The position numbers and the translations under genes are program-made. 11,991 nucleotides of DNA, from NCBI GenBank assembly GCA_016840035.1, contig JAEOTC010000241.1, forward strand, positions 1 to 11,991, in the 5' to 3' direction. Under the pieces are notes generated by a model that was not told the DNA's origin, did no database searches, and saw only the letters and a list, made by a program, of their open reading frames with translations. Below are positions 1 to 8,161 of the stretch, piece after piece. This DNA comes from Candidatus Hodarchaeota archaeon (GTDB lineage Archaea > Asgardarchaeota > Heimdallarchaeia > Hodarchaeales > Hodarchaeaceae). Numbering within the stretch: position 1 is the first letter of the stretch; every line of letters starts with the position of its first letter.

Positions 1-846
1 ATATCAACAGGGGCGGCTTTAGCATCATTATTTCAGATTCAAGAAGACAAAAGAAAGTTACTGAATATCAATCTAGGATATAATTGGGGAAATCCACAAA
101 TCTATAGACTAATTGATGATATTATCAAGAAAAAAGGGCTGGGTGACCAGTTAGCTCGAGGGGAGGGATATTTGTATAAACAAACAAGTGAACCCTCCCC
201 GATGGTTAAGAACCAAATTCCTGGAATGTATTTCTTTCCAAATTGTCCAGTATTGAGTATGGATCTTTGTTCTGCCCCCTATGGGGCATCTGATTTAAGA
301 ACAGGCGGTCTCTTTATTCCAGAAGTTCTTGGTTTCCCCTTCCAACTCTCCCGTCGATCTGTTAAAGGTAAAATTCAGTTGAAAATCCTGCTAGAAAATT
401 TAACCGCGGTCTCTGATTCTTTAGTTTTGTGTTCACGGTTTATACCTACTTTTCTTAAATCAAGTATTCCTTTTACAGCGCTTCCTTCAAGATTAAGGGG
501 CCTACTTCTAAACTATCTTCCAAAGAGAGTGAATGAAAACATAATATTTCGAGACTCGTTAATAGGCCCATTAATTCGTAAATCTATTCAATTAAAAAAT
601 TCTAATGGAAATATTCTTGAGATTGGAGATAGAATCACTCTACTTGAGCGACTTTTCAACACACGGACTGGATTATCACCTTCAAGTGATTTAATTCCAC
701 GGTATCTTGAAGGTTACAATGAATTCTATAAACAACAGAATGAGCTCCTTGCTTCTTACTATAAGCTAAAAGGGCTCAATTCCGAAGGGTTGGTCACATT
801 AAAAACATTGAAGAAAGCTAAACTTCTGGGATTACTCAATATCTAG
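1..846 (+). CDS. Aldehyde:ferredoxin oxidoreductase (AOR) family protein, C-terminal part (5'-truncated by the window), divergent active-site motifs
   Basis: Frame +1 is open from base 1 (ISTGAALASLFQ...LGYNWGNPQIYRLIDDIIKKKGLGDQLARGEGYL), so the TTG at 172 is not the true start. It matches AOR-family C-domain patterns: (DT)ISTG, WG, GLGDxLAxG, MVKNQ (cf. VKGxE), DSLVLCSRF (cf. DxxGLCxF), GDRIxxLERLFNxRxG...DxIPR, and YYKLKGLxxEG...TLKKxxL. Stop TAG at 844-846. Confidence 0.85.
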   Translation: MSTGAALASLFQIQEDKRKLLNINLGYNWGNPQIYRLIDDIIKKKGLGDQLARGEGYLYKQTSEPSPMVKNQIPGMYFFPNCPVLSMDLCSAPYGASDLRTGGLFIPEVLGFPFQLSRRSVKGKIQLKILLENLTAVSDSLVLCSRFIPTFLKSSIPFTALPSRLRGLLLNYLPKRVNENIIFRDSLIGPLIRKSIQLKNSNGNILEIGDRITLLERLFNTRTGLSPSSDLIPRYLEGYNEFYKQQNELLASYYKLKGLNSEGLVTLKTLKKAKLLGLLNI

Positions 847-3800
847 TTAACTCGAGCCTTTACCTGGTCTAAGAGACGGACCTTTCAATAAATTCAGCAT
901 ATTTAATAGATAAGAGATAAATTTTTCATCAAATGTCATGAATCCCACATCATCAGGTAAAACAACCGCTTGATCACTATCTTTTACCGCTAATACTCCT
1001 TTGATATTACCAGCGCCTTTTGATTTACGTAAGTTTATATTTACTTGGTTTCCTATTTCATTAAACCATTTTTTTCCTTTTTTACTGAAGTCATAACTTG
1101 TAAAAATCCAAATCCGTTTTCCAGATGGTACTGACTTAAGATCTGATGTTGATAAAATTGTTGGATCAGACATATATAATGTAACTTGTTTTGATGCACT
1201 ACTTATGAATTTGATCAAATACTCATTAATTGCATGACTAGTTGATAGTTTTAACAACCGTATATATGAAATAGGATCACGATCAGATAATTCTGTCTCT
1301 AATGATCCTAGAACTTCGGCTTGCTTGGTGTGAGATTCGTTTATTCCACTTAGTACTTCATTAGTTCTGTTTAAAAACTCTGAAAGGTAAGATTCTATTT
1401 CAGAATTTAAGGTCTGAATAAACTTTGTCATATTTCCTTTGTTTTCTAATATTACCTTTTCAATATCATTATTGTACGATTCTAAGTCTGTAGATATATT
1501 TTTTGATAAATCACTGCTCATTCCATCAACTTTACTTCCCATATCAGACTTCATAATTCCTAACAGATTTGTAGTAGCTGCACCACTTTCTGTCATAGCA
1601 CTTGATAGATCATCTAGAATTGATTGTATCTCTTCTCTTGACTTAGTAACCTCATTTATAGCTCGCTGAATGCTATCAGTAAAATCTAAAGAGATCTGTT
1701 CCACATATTGAGTGGATTCCTTGTTAAAACCTTCTGTGACATCCTTTAAACTATCTCTCAACTCTGAAAAATCTAATTGTTCCTTTTCTTCATTAAGATA
1801 ATTATGGAGGTCTGTTGTAAGAGTCATTTGAGTGCTAGAAATAATATCAATCAATTCATCGGTTGCTTTTGTCAAATCTTCTTCAGATTGAGTATGAATC
1901 GCGTCAAATGAGGTTTGTAAATCTGGTATATTACTCTCAAACTCCTCCAATTGTGCTCTGATAATTTCTGATACAACTGATTTTAACCTTTTATTTGCTA
2001 CTGAAACTTTGGAATGAATTTCTTTCAGATTAAATGGATCCTCTTTACTTGAGTCAATATGATATACTGATTCGATCCTTTTCAACGCTTGGTTAAAATT
2101 CGTTTCCACAATAACATCTAAATTTTCAATATTAGATTCAATTGCTTTATTAAACTGTGCTAATAAATCTTGTAATTTCGATCTAATAGTGGATACTTGA
2201 GTACTGTAAGAACTCATTAAATTTGACATATTCTCAGAAAGATTTGATTGTAATTCCGTATTAGAAGCTGTTTTCTCCTCTATAAGCTTATCGAATGCAC
2301 TAGAAAACTGATCAGTAATTTCAGGAGCACTACTTTTGAATTCTTGATCTGATTCAGTTACTACTTCTTTTAAATCAGAATTAAGCTTTTCTACAGTGTT
2401 TTCCATACCTTCCCTCACTGCATCAATTTCCGCACGAATTGATTGGAATGAGGTTTCAATTTCGGATGAGACAAACCCTGATGCAACTCCAAGTTGATTT
2501 TCTAGTTCTGTTAAAGTATCAGAGTAATATAAATCAATATTCTCGCTTGTGCGGTTAAGATTTGTTAGCATTGCTTGTAAAGATTCATTTAAAATTGACT
2601 TAAGCTTATCACCGCTCTCATGAACCTGACGAAGTAAAGTTGAAACCTCATTATTTGTTGAATCAGAAAAACTGGTATGATAAGAGAGGAGTTCTTCCAT
2701 TGTATCCTTAATATTCTTATTCTGATTGGTAGCATCAGCCTGTATCTGGTTGATAAACCCTAGAATATCTGTGGGTCCTTTTTCTTGATATTTGGTAATA
2801 TTTTCCTTCTGTAGTGAAAACACTTCATCTAAATAATTTCGATTTTCTACAATAAACTCATTCAAACTCGTCTGATTCTCTTCCAAAGTTTTTTCGAGAT
2901 TTGATTTGAAATTACTAAATGATGCTTTCTGTGAAAAAGTTTCAATTGTTTCAATTAATGCCTCTTGTTGATTCTTGTTTTTAGTGCTTAGCTGTTCTAG
3001 TTGATCTGAAAGCTCTAAATTATATTCAGATTTAATTTGGCTGAATCCCTCTTTAATAACATCCAATGTACGATCTAAATGAGTCTGTAAGTTCTCATTC
3101 AACGAATTAACGAATTCTTGCGCCTCTAATTGACTTTGAGAAAAAACTGTATTTATTTCACTTCTTAATTGAGTTAATTTACTTTGGAGAGAGGTTTCAA
3201 CTGCTGAAATATTCGTAACTCCTTCAGATGTTAAACGTGAATGTATTCCGCCAACCCCTGATTCAATCCCCTCAAGTAATTGTTGAAAATTACGAGTAAT
3301 TGCATCTAGTTCTGTATTCATAACTTTAGCTCTCTGATCAAATCGATTCTCTACTTTACTTATATAACCTTCTTGGAGTGCCGCAATGCCTTGTTGAAAT
3401 TGGTCTGATGAAGAAATTACTTTCTCTATCTCACTTTTACTTTCTTCCAAGGTTTCTGTTGAGAGAGTTTCAATTCTTTGTTGAGTATCATTGAGGGTAC
3501 TATAGATTTTATTCAATGAACTTTCCGTTGAATCCATATATTCCTCTTGTAGTCCTTTATTCGTTCCCTCTAATGATTCTTTTAAAGAAATTCTGAATTG
3601 ATTTGTTCTCATTGGAATTGAAACTAATAGATTTCTCAATAATTGCTCAATAGATTGTGAAAGTTTTTGTAATCTAGTAATATCGAGTTCTTTTCGACTT
3701 ACCGTCTGATCGATTATATCAGAAAAACCTTTAATCAATCCCTCAAATTCTACTCCCTGTTGAGTTAATTTTGTTTTTGCAGAGGTTCTCAACGATTCAA

Positions 3801-5028
3801 CAAGATCAATTACTGTTTTTTGAGTATGACGAAAACTAGCTTCTAATTGGCTCAGTTCTGCAGTCTGTGCTGCCTGTAATTGGCTTAAGAATAAATCTTT
3901 TACTGATTCGAGCTTTTGTTCGGTAGTAAGTTCAGATATTTCGCTTTCAAGCACGTTCAGAGAAACTTTTTGTTCTTGGATCAATTCCTTGGCACTTTCT
4001 GTAAATTCAATAAACTCGGTCTTCATTTGTTCAGAGCTTGTTTTGATAGCTTCGTCGGTTTGTCGCACAACTTGTTTTAGTGCTTTATTGATATCTTTAT
4101 CAATTTCTTTTGATAAATCTGAGATGACCACCTTAAGAGCATTAAGTACATCATTTTCAAGAGATGATCGAACATGTTGACGAACTTCATCTACGAACTC
4201 CTTTTCCTGTTTTCGTGATTCCTGTAAGCCAGTACTCAAATTTGATTTAAGATCGCTAGTGACAGTATCAGTATTTTTAAAGAAATCTTGAATTCTTGAG
4301 ATGGACTCTGTTTCAGTTACTCCAATTAAATCATTAAATTGGGTTTGAATACTGTTGATTTTATTCATGGAAGACTTTATAACTTCATTTAATTCCTGTT
4401 CATATCTTCCTATCGAATCTTTAAGAGTTCGTGTTCCAGAGTCTGGTAAGTTCTGAAATTCATCAATAGCTTTCGTCCAATGTTTATCTAGTTGGTTTAC
4501 TCCTTCAGATACGGTTGTTTGAACAGAATTTTGATTTTCAGCTATTTTGGTATTCATATTAGTAATGACTTGATCTACTATTCCATCTAATTGAGAACGG
4601 GTCATTGTTTTATTTTCTTCAAATGCGGACTTTAATGCCCTATCAATCTCTTCATTTTGAGTTTGTAGACTTTTGAATCCATCCTCCACGGTCGTTTGAA
4701 ATTTACTCAATGAATCCTCAACAGAACTTTTAGAGTTTTGAAACTCCTCCTTGTATTTTTCTCGTGTATTTTCTATCAAATTAACATTTGTAGTAAGCAT
4801 ATCTTTTAATGTGGATACTGGCAAAGTAGCAAAAACAAGCTCGGTTTCTTGATCTAACTTAATAAATCCTTTTTTCAGTAGTTCAGTTATTGCTTGTTCC
4901 GCTTTTTCTTCTTGTACTTCGGACATAATAATTAGGTCGTGTTTGGTCTGACTACCAAATGATATTAATGTGTTTAAGATCTTTGTTTCACTTTTCTTTA
5001 ATGTAAACCTTATTTCTGGAGTTGTCAT
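847..5028 (-). CDS. Giant TrmB-like protein: N-terminal winged HTH, about 1,180-aa amphipathic helical/coiled-coil rod, C-terminal TrmB effector-binding/PLD-like alpha/beta domain
   Basis: 1393-aa uninterrupted ORF. The N-terminus LKKSETKILNTLISFGSQTKHDL...AITELLKKGFIK...VFATLPVSTL follows the TrmB wHTH pattern (LxxxExKxYxxLLxxGxxTxxEI...LxxLxxKGLV...YxAxPP). The C-terminus (AINEYLIKFISSASKQVTLYM...KRIWIFT...NINLRK...GVLAVKDSDQAVV...GFMTFDEKFISYL) follows the TrmB/PLD-like domain pattern. The middle is rich in E/S/Q/K/L, nearly Pro-free and has no obvious transmembrane segment. The ORF itself is near certain; the domain calls are by eye. Confidence 0.75.
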   Translation of the reverse strand: MTTPEIRFTLKKSETKILNTLISFGSQTKHDLIIMSEVQEEKAEQAITELLKKGFIKLDQETELVFATLPVSTLKDMLTTNVNLIENTREKYKEEFQNSKSSVEDSLSKFQTTVEDGFKSLQTQNEEIDRALKSAFEENKTMTRSQLDGIVDQVITNMNTKIAENQNSVQTTVSEGVNQLDKHWTKAIDEFQNLPDSGTRTLKDSIGRYEQELNEVIKSSMNKINSIQTQFNDLIGVTETESISRIQDFFKNTDTVTSDLKSNLSTGLQESRKQEKEFVDEVRQHVRSSLENDVLNALKVVISDLSKEIDKDINKALKQVVRQTDEAIKTSSEQMKTEFIEFTESAKELIQEQKVSLNVLESEISELTTEQKLESVKDLFLSQLQAAQTAELSQLEASFRHTQKTVIDLVESLRTSAKTKLTQQGVEFEGLIKGFSDIIDQTVSRKELDITRLQKLSQSIEQLLRNLLVSIPMRTNQFRISLKESLEGTNKGLQEEYMDSTESSLNKIYSTLNDTQQRIETLSTETLEESKSEIEKVISSSDQFQQGIAALQEGYISKVENRFDQRAKVMNTELDAITRNFQQLLEGIESGVGGIHSRLTSEGVTNISAVETSLQSKLTQLRSEINTVFSQSQLEAQEFVNSLNENLQTHLDRTLDVIKEGFSQIKSEYNLELSDQLEQLSTKNKNQQEALIETIETFSQKASFSNFKSNLEKTLEENQTSLNEFIVENRNYLDEVFSLQKENITKYQEKGPTDILGFINQIQADATNQNKNIKDTMEELLSYHTSFSDSTNNEVSTLLRQVHESGDKLKSILNESLQAMLTNLNRTSENIDLYYSDTLTELENQLGVASGFVSSEIETSFQSIRAEIDAVREGMENTVEKLNSDLKEVVTESDQEFKSSAPEITDQFSSAFDKLIEEKTASNTELQSNLSENMSNLMSSYSTQVSTIRSKLQDLLAQFNKAIESNIENLDVIVETNFNQALKRIESVYHIDSSKEDPFNLKEIHSKVSVANKRLKSVVSEIIRAQLEEFESNIPDLQTSFDAIHTQSEEDLTKATDELIDIISSTQMTLTTDLHNYLNEEKEQLDFSELRDSLKDVTEGFNKESTQYVEQISLDFTDSIQRAINEVTKSREEIQSILDDLSSAMTESGAATTNLLGIMKSDMGSKVDGMSSDLSKNISTDLESYNNDIEKVILENKGNMTKFIQTLNSEIESYLSEFLNRTNEVLSGINESHTKQAEVLGSLETELSDRDPISYIRLLKLSTSHAINEYLIKFISSASKQVTLYMSDPTILSTSDLKSVPSGKRIWIFTSYDFSKKGKKWFNEIGNQVNINLRKSKGAGNIKGVLAVKDSDQAVVLPDDVGFMTFDEKFISYLLNMLNLLKGPSLRPGKGSS

Positions 5029-5058
5029 TCATATCAACTACTTTTACGATTTTTTGAT

Positions 5059-5775
5059 TTATTTTGAGGAGAAATCTTCAAAAATTGCACTTCCAATTCT
5101 AATCATATTCGAACCCTCCTCGAGTGCAATTATATAATCATTACTCATCCCCATGGATAATTTTTCCATTTTAATGTTATTTAGATGATTGGATTGGATA
5201 TCAAGCGAATTAAATAACTCATACATCTTTTTAAAGTACGGTCGTGTCTCTTCCGGGGATACAAAAGGCGCTATAGTCATTAAGCCTTTGATCTGTAAAT
5301 GTGACATCTTAGATAATTCAGTAATTACCTCAACTAGATATTCCTTATCAGGGGAGAACCCGTATTTCGTTCCATCTTCCGAGATATCAATTTGCATCAA
5401 GCAGTTCGCGATAATATCAGAAGAGGCAGCTCGTTTTTGAATTTCATTCGCCAATTTTAAATCTGCTAGAGAATGAATTAAGGAAAATTTACCTAGAGAG
5501 CGTTTAACCTTATTTCGTTGTAAGTGACCGATAAAATGCCAATCAACATTTGGATTGTTACACACTTCAATTTTTGAAAGTGCTTCTGAAACACGATTTT
5601 CTCCATATATGGGGCATTTTAGAAAATTTAAAAGCCCTATTATTAAACTAGCGGGTCTATTCTTGGTAACAATCACGATTTCAGGTTGTTTTCCATCATG
5701 TGTATAGTGAGAAATCTGTGAACGTAGGTTTTGATATCTTGTAACAATCTGTTTGATATCTATGTTCATGTTCAC
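5059..5775 (-). CDS. yggS: YggS/PLPBP (PROSC) pyridoxal 5'-phosphate homeostasis protein
   Basis: Signature motifs IVIVTK (PLP lysine, cf. AVSK), GENRVSE, WHFIGHLQRNK, TKYG, GLMT, LSMGMSNDY and EEGSNMIRIGSAIF. Start is GTG at 5775 or ATG at 5769. Confidence 0.96.
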   Translation of the reverse strand: MNMNIDIKQIVTRYQNLRSQISHYTHDGKQPEIVIVTKNRPASLIIGLLNFLKCPIYGENRVSEALSKIEVCNNPNVDWHFIGHLQRNKVKRSLGKFSLIHSLADLKLANEIQKRAASSDIIANCLMQIDISEDGTKYGFSPDKEYLVEVITELSKMSHLQIKGLMTIAPFVSPEETRPYFKKMYELFNSLDIQSNHLNNIKMEKLSMGMSNDYIIALEEGSNMIRIGSAIFEDFSSK

Positions 5776-5977
5776 TAATTATCCCAACTATATGCGTTGC
5801 ATCTTTTCGTATTTGAGATTTCTCTTTGTCATTATTTGATTGCACTCAGTTGAAAAATGAAATAAGAGTATTTGTTTCAGTCCTAAAATGGTTACAAACC
5901 GAATAATAACACTGTTAGTAACGAATTTTTCATCATTTTCATGTTTAACAACGAAATAAATTTAGAGATCTGATTCT
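5776..5977. promoter_or_regulatory. Divergent promoter region between yggS and the aminotransferase gene
   Basis: 202-bp AT-rich gap between head-to-head genes. Contains the palindrome TAACA-C-TGTTA at 5907-5917. Exact promoter elements were not resolved. Confidence 0.5.
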
Positions 5978-7117
5978 ATGAAATATATTGCACAACCCCA
6001 AATCTCGGAAGAGGAGATATCCTTAGTTTCATCAACCATTCGAAATGGCCAATTTGTTGAAGGAAAAAATGCGAGAGCATTGGAAAAGGAATTTGCTGAG
6101 TTTGTAGGAGCAAAGCATGCAATTTGTGCCGTTAATGGAACTGCAGCATTACATCTTGCCATGGAAGCAGTTAACATATCACCTGGAGCAGAGATAATTA
6201 CTCCCGCTTTCACTTTCATTGCATCTGCAAATTCTATTGCATTCGTTGGAGGTATTCCAATTTTTACTGAAATTAATCCAGAGACTTATACCATAGATGC
6301 TGAAAGTATTAAAAATCAAATCACCCCTCAGACAAAAGCCATTCTCCCTGTTCATATTTTTGGTTTACCTTGTGATATGAAATCAATTAATGATTTAGCG
6401 GAGGATAATGATCTAGTTGTCATTGAGGATGCCTGTCAAGCTCATGGAGCAAGAATTGATGGTCAACATGTAGGCACGTTTGGTGAAATTGGATGTTTCT
6501 CGTTTTATGCAACAAAAAATATGATAAGTGGGGAAGGAGGGATGATTGTAACGGATAATGATGATCTAGCTGAACGCATGATTAGTCTCAAAAATCATGG
6601 TCGAGGACCAAGTGGTGGATATGAACATCATAGAATAGGCTATAACATGCGTCTTCCAGATCCATTAGCAGCTATTGGACTAATTCAGCTGAGGAAGTTA
6701 CCTCCAATGCTGGAAAAACGTAAAAGAAACGCAGAGGAAATAAGACGCACATTATCCAATTTTAATCATATAGAAATTCAAAAAATTCCTAAGGGGTACA
6801 CTCATAGTCATTATGTATGTGCTCCTGTTGTAGATGCCGATAAATTTTCGGTTGATAATGTTATTCAGCAATTAAAAAATAGAAACATTGCTTCACGTCG
6901 AATTTATGCATTAGGATGTCATAAACAACCAACATACCTTCAGGGATTAAAGGAGTGGCGATGGAGCCAATTTGTTAAATATCCTGATTATAGCAAGGTG
7001 AGTCTTCCAAATACGGAACGAATCTCCGAAAATCATTTCGAAATCCCCATCCATCCAGGAGTAACCCCTTCAGAAATCGAATTAATACAGAACGCCTTAG
7101 AAGAAATATTTGGTTAA
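5978..7117 (+). CDS. DegT/DnrJ/EryC1/StrS family PLP-dependent (nucleotide-sugar) aminotransferase
   Basis: Motifs NGTAALHLA, PAFTFIASAN, TKAILPVHIFG, VIEDACQAHG, CFSFYATKNMISGEGGM (PLP lysine), GYNMR and IPIHP. Confidence 0.95.
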   Translation: MKYIAQPQISEEEISLVSSTIRNGQFVEGKNARALEKEFAEFVGAKHAICAVNGTAALHLAMEAVNISPGAEIITPAFTFIASANSIAFVGGIPIFTEINPETYTIDAESIKNQITPQTKAILPVHIFGLPCDMKSINDLAEDNDLVVIEDACQAHGARIDGQHVGTFGEIGCFSFYATKNMISGEGGMIVTDNDDLAERMISLKNHGRGPSGGYEHHRIGYNMRLPDPLAAIGLIQLRKLPPMLEKRKRNAEEIRRTLSNFNHIEIQKIPKGYTHSHYVCAPVVDADKFSVDNVIQQLKNRNIASRRIYALGCHKQPTYLQGLKEWRWSQFVKYPDYSKVSLPNTERISENHFEIPIHPGVTPSEIELIQNALEEIFG

Positions 7118-7120
7118 TAC

Positions 7121-8161
7121 CTAACTAATATGGCCAGGCATCCAATCAACAAGATATTTACTTCCAATCTCACTAAACTCCCTCTTCATTCCTTCGAGCT
7201 TTTGAAAAAATGCTTCACTCATTGTATCAAGCTGGAGCGTTTCTAAAATCTTGTTAAGCTTAGGTTGAGTGTTCTTGATTCCGGCAATTAATCTGGAATA
7301 TTCACCTAATGGTTTTTCAGTAAGGAGTTCATTCCCGTATAAAGTCCGATCAGCAGTAAGACCACCAGAAAGGATCTTATGGCCTTCGCCTGGATTGAAG
7401 CTATTTGGATCTTTACACAATTTAAGAAATTGATCAAAACTTTCCTTATATGGATGGAATATATTTCTCGATATAACTCCTCGGAGATACATCTGAGTTG
7501 TTGACTTCTCTAGGATTAGTGAGAAGGGAATTGAAGTCATATATTCGGTCATACGCATCTTCTCACTTTTCAATACCTGTTCTGCTTCATCTTGAGCTCT
7601 GTGGTATACATCGAAAGGTAAAACTAATCCAGTGAGTTCCCTATAATCAGTTACTAGTGATCCTACACCTAATTCGAATTTTACCCAGTACATTCCCAGT
7701 CCTGTTATTAGAAAAAAGGGTTCTCCTGTCGTTTCTTCAAAACCAGTCATCGCTAGTTCTGGTAAAAAAATGATCGTATCTTGTAATACTTTTTGTACTG
7801 GCTGATTAAGATAAAAGCCATTGAATGATGAATCGATTAACTTGCGCCAAGAGGGAACAAAAAGAAGTTGGTCTAGTGCCCCAAAAACTGAACCACGAAG
7901 TTTTCCAATCTCATTGTTAATCTCTTTTGTACGAGTATCAATCTTATCAAAGATTGCTTGACGATTATAGGATCCGACACGGTAGGGAAATTCATTGTCA
8001 CTCTGAAATCGCTTGAATTCACGAATTGAGATTCCTGTAAGCTCCTCTAGATCCGCATACGACAATTCCTGTTCATAATATGCCCGAGTTCCCTCCAAAA
8101 TCTTCTTTTCTTTTTCCAATATCGAAATTTTGTCAGAAATTTCTTTCTCTCGCTGTGACAT
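7121..8161 (-). CDS. Hypothetical protein: N-terminal coiled coil with an embedded HTH-like segment, followed by an unknown globular domain of about 250 aa
   Basis: Long ORF directly downstream of the DENN-like gene on the same strand. ATG at 8161 (MSQREKE...) is preferred over GTG at 8194, which remains possible. Charged helical N-terminus and a segment LSYADLEELTGISIREFKRF resembling a Cro/XRE/excisionase-type HTH. Function not recognised. Confidence 0.8.
   Translation of the reverse strand: MSQREKEISDKISILEKEKKILEGTRAYYEQELSYADLEELTGISIREFKRFQSDNEFPYRVGSYNRQAIFDKIDTRTKEINNEIGKLRGSVFGALDQLLFVPSWRKLIDSSFNGFYLNQPVQKVLQDTIIFLPELAMTGFEETTGEPFFLITGLGMYWVKFELGVGSLVTDYRELTGLVLPFDVYHRAQDEAEQVLKSEKMRMTEYMTSIPFSLILEKSTTQMYLRGVISRNIFHPYKESFDQFLKLCKDPNSFNPGEGHKILSGGLTADRTLYGNELLTEKPLGEYSRLIAGIKNTQPKLNKILETLQLDTMSEAFFQKLEGMKREFSEIGSKYLVDWMPGHIS

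Noticed and set aside
172-174. TTG at 172, and likewise GTG at 11863, as gene starts
   Set aside because: Both frames stay open to the window edge with continuing family motifs, so the genes are truncated by the window.
847-5028. SMC/Rad50, methyl-accepting chemotaxis protein or phage tape-measure identity for the giant ORF
   Set aside because: No Walker A/B, signature motif, hinge or CxxC hook. No MCP hairpin motif or transmembrane helices. No phage genes nearby.
5788-5832. 14-codon minus-strand uORF (MTKRNLKYEKMQRI*) in frame with yggS
   Set aside because: Two stops (TAG, TAA) separate it from yggS, so readthrough is implausible. Its length is expected by chance and no attenuator structure was seen.
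7735-7785. DTIIFLPELAMTGF resembles the nitrilase/C-N hydrolase catalytic Glu motif (DLIVxPExxxTGY)
   Set aside because: The accompanying YRKxHL lysine and ICYD cysteine motifs are absent, so this is treated as a chance resemblance pending structure prediction.
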